Assembly (NCBI RefSeq): GCF_964204645.1
Contig: NC_134031.1
Location: 16,107,807-16,171,806, forward strand
DNA: 64,000 nucleotides
DNA from: Tubulanus polymorphus
Lineage: Eukaryota > Animalia > Nemertea
Direction: 5' to 3'
Positions 63,031 through 64,000 of the stretch are shown here, in pieces; the first letter of the stretch is position 1; every line of letters begins with the position of its first letter. A program made the translations under genes and the position numbers. The notes beneath the pieces are model-generated. The model searched no databases and was not told where the DNA came from. It worked only from the letters and a program-made list of their open reading frames with translations.

Positions 63031-64000
63031 CTTAAAAATGTCTTTGTTCTTTAAATTGTAGAGTTTTCTTTATATCATTTCAGTTCACCAGATCCGTTTC
63101 CTGAAATGAAATTAAAAAACATTGATTTGAAATACCTAGAATTATAATTATGATTAATTGAATTCATGACACATGTTTGATGACTAGCCTCTAAAATGAG
63201 GTGTTGAAGCATATTTAAGTCAAAGCCGCATTCGCACTACATTACTTACTAACTTGAAGGATGATCCTTCTTTATTTAGTAAGTTAGTACAAACCCCAAT
63301 TTAATAGAATCAGAGAATGATTGGACCAAGGCCGTGTTCACATACATTCTGAACTGGACGTTTTAGTAATGAGAAGGGCTAACTTCATGGGAAGGATGGA
63401 ACCAGGGTTTGTACATTAGGAAAGAGGTAACCAAGGCTAGAAATTCATGGAAAAAGGTTGGTCACGTTATTTTACAGCAAAAAACTGAACATTTTATCAC
63501 AGACTATTACTAAACTCTCGGGGTTTATTAGGCCAATTTTACTCAGTGATTTCCTAACCCTAAACCTAACCCTAATCCTAACCACTAGTCCCCTATTCTT
63601 GAATCTTACCAAAAGGTATTCTTACAGTTAATTTTCCGCTCAGATAAAATTCAGTTCGGATCCCTATAGTTATTTGTTCTTATTTCGACTGAAGCGACCT
63701 CTGGTGACACTCGCTTACCGGGGTAAGTAGGCAAGCGGACACCGGAAGTGTATCATGTCGAAACTGTCGCAGGATTACTCGCTTCCCTCGGTATCCTTTC
63801 AATTCAATTCAATTTAAAAATGTACGCGCTATCTAAATCTGTGCATTCAAAACGATTAGAAACGAAATCAATTTGTTGGATTTCGATAATTGAAATTTGA
63901 AAAAAAGATGCTACGTTTCGGACTCTCTTAGAGACCCTTATCGTCTCGAGTTGCTCGGCGTGCGTAGAGATGAGTCCTCCCGCCAATACTGTTAAGCCGA

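Overview
Intron-rich, AT-rich eukaryotic (metazoan) DNA; the gene and repeat content suggests a marine invertebrate, probably a lophotrochozoan (inference). Nine spliced protein-coding genes can be reconstructed: C3orf33-like (+), PGD (-), PFDN6 (-), a matrin/U1-type zinc-finger RS/RH-rich protein (+), a secreted DUF5054/GH38-like protein (-), class IA PI3K catalytic subunit (+), SNAPIN (-), ALAD (+) and a modular transcription-factor locus (-, 52.3-63.0 kb). The TF locus is the most striking feature. One constant region ends in a phase-1 donor at 60265, which is in frame with several separate terminal exons: two encode C2H2/C2HC zinc-finger arrays and one encodes an intronless Cdx/Caudal-like homeodomain. 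This resembles lola/mod(mdg4) architecture, but no BTB domain is visible. Other notable elements are a 3.6-kb TTAA-flanked foldback element with two opposed 30-bp repeat arrays, a palindromic pair of minimal hammerhead-ribozyme motifs (Penelope-like) in a PI3K intron, four GC-AG introns, a nested LINE/MITE/SINE with a templated insertion, and many MITEs. Gene models were built by eye from splice signals and recalled protein similarity; no database search was run.
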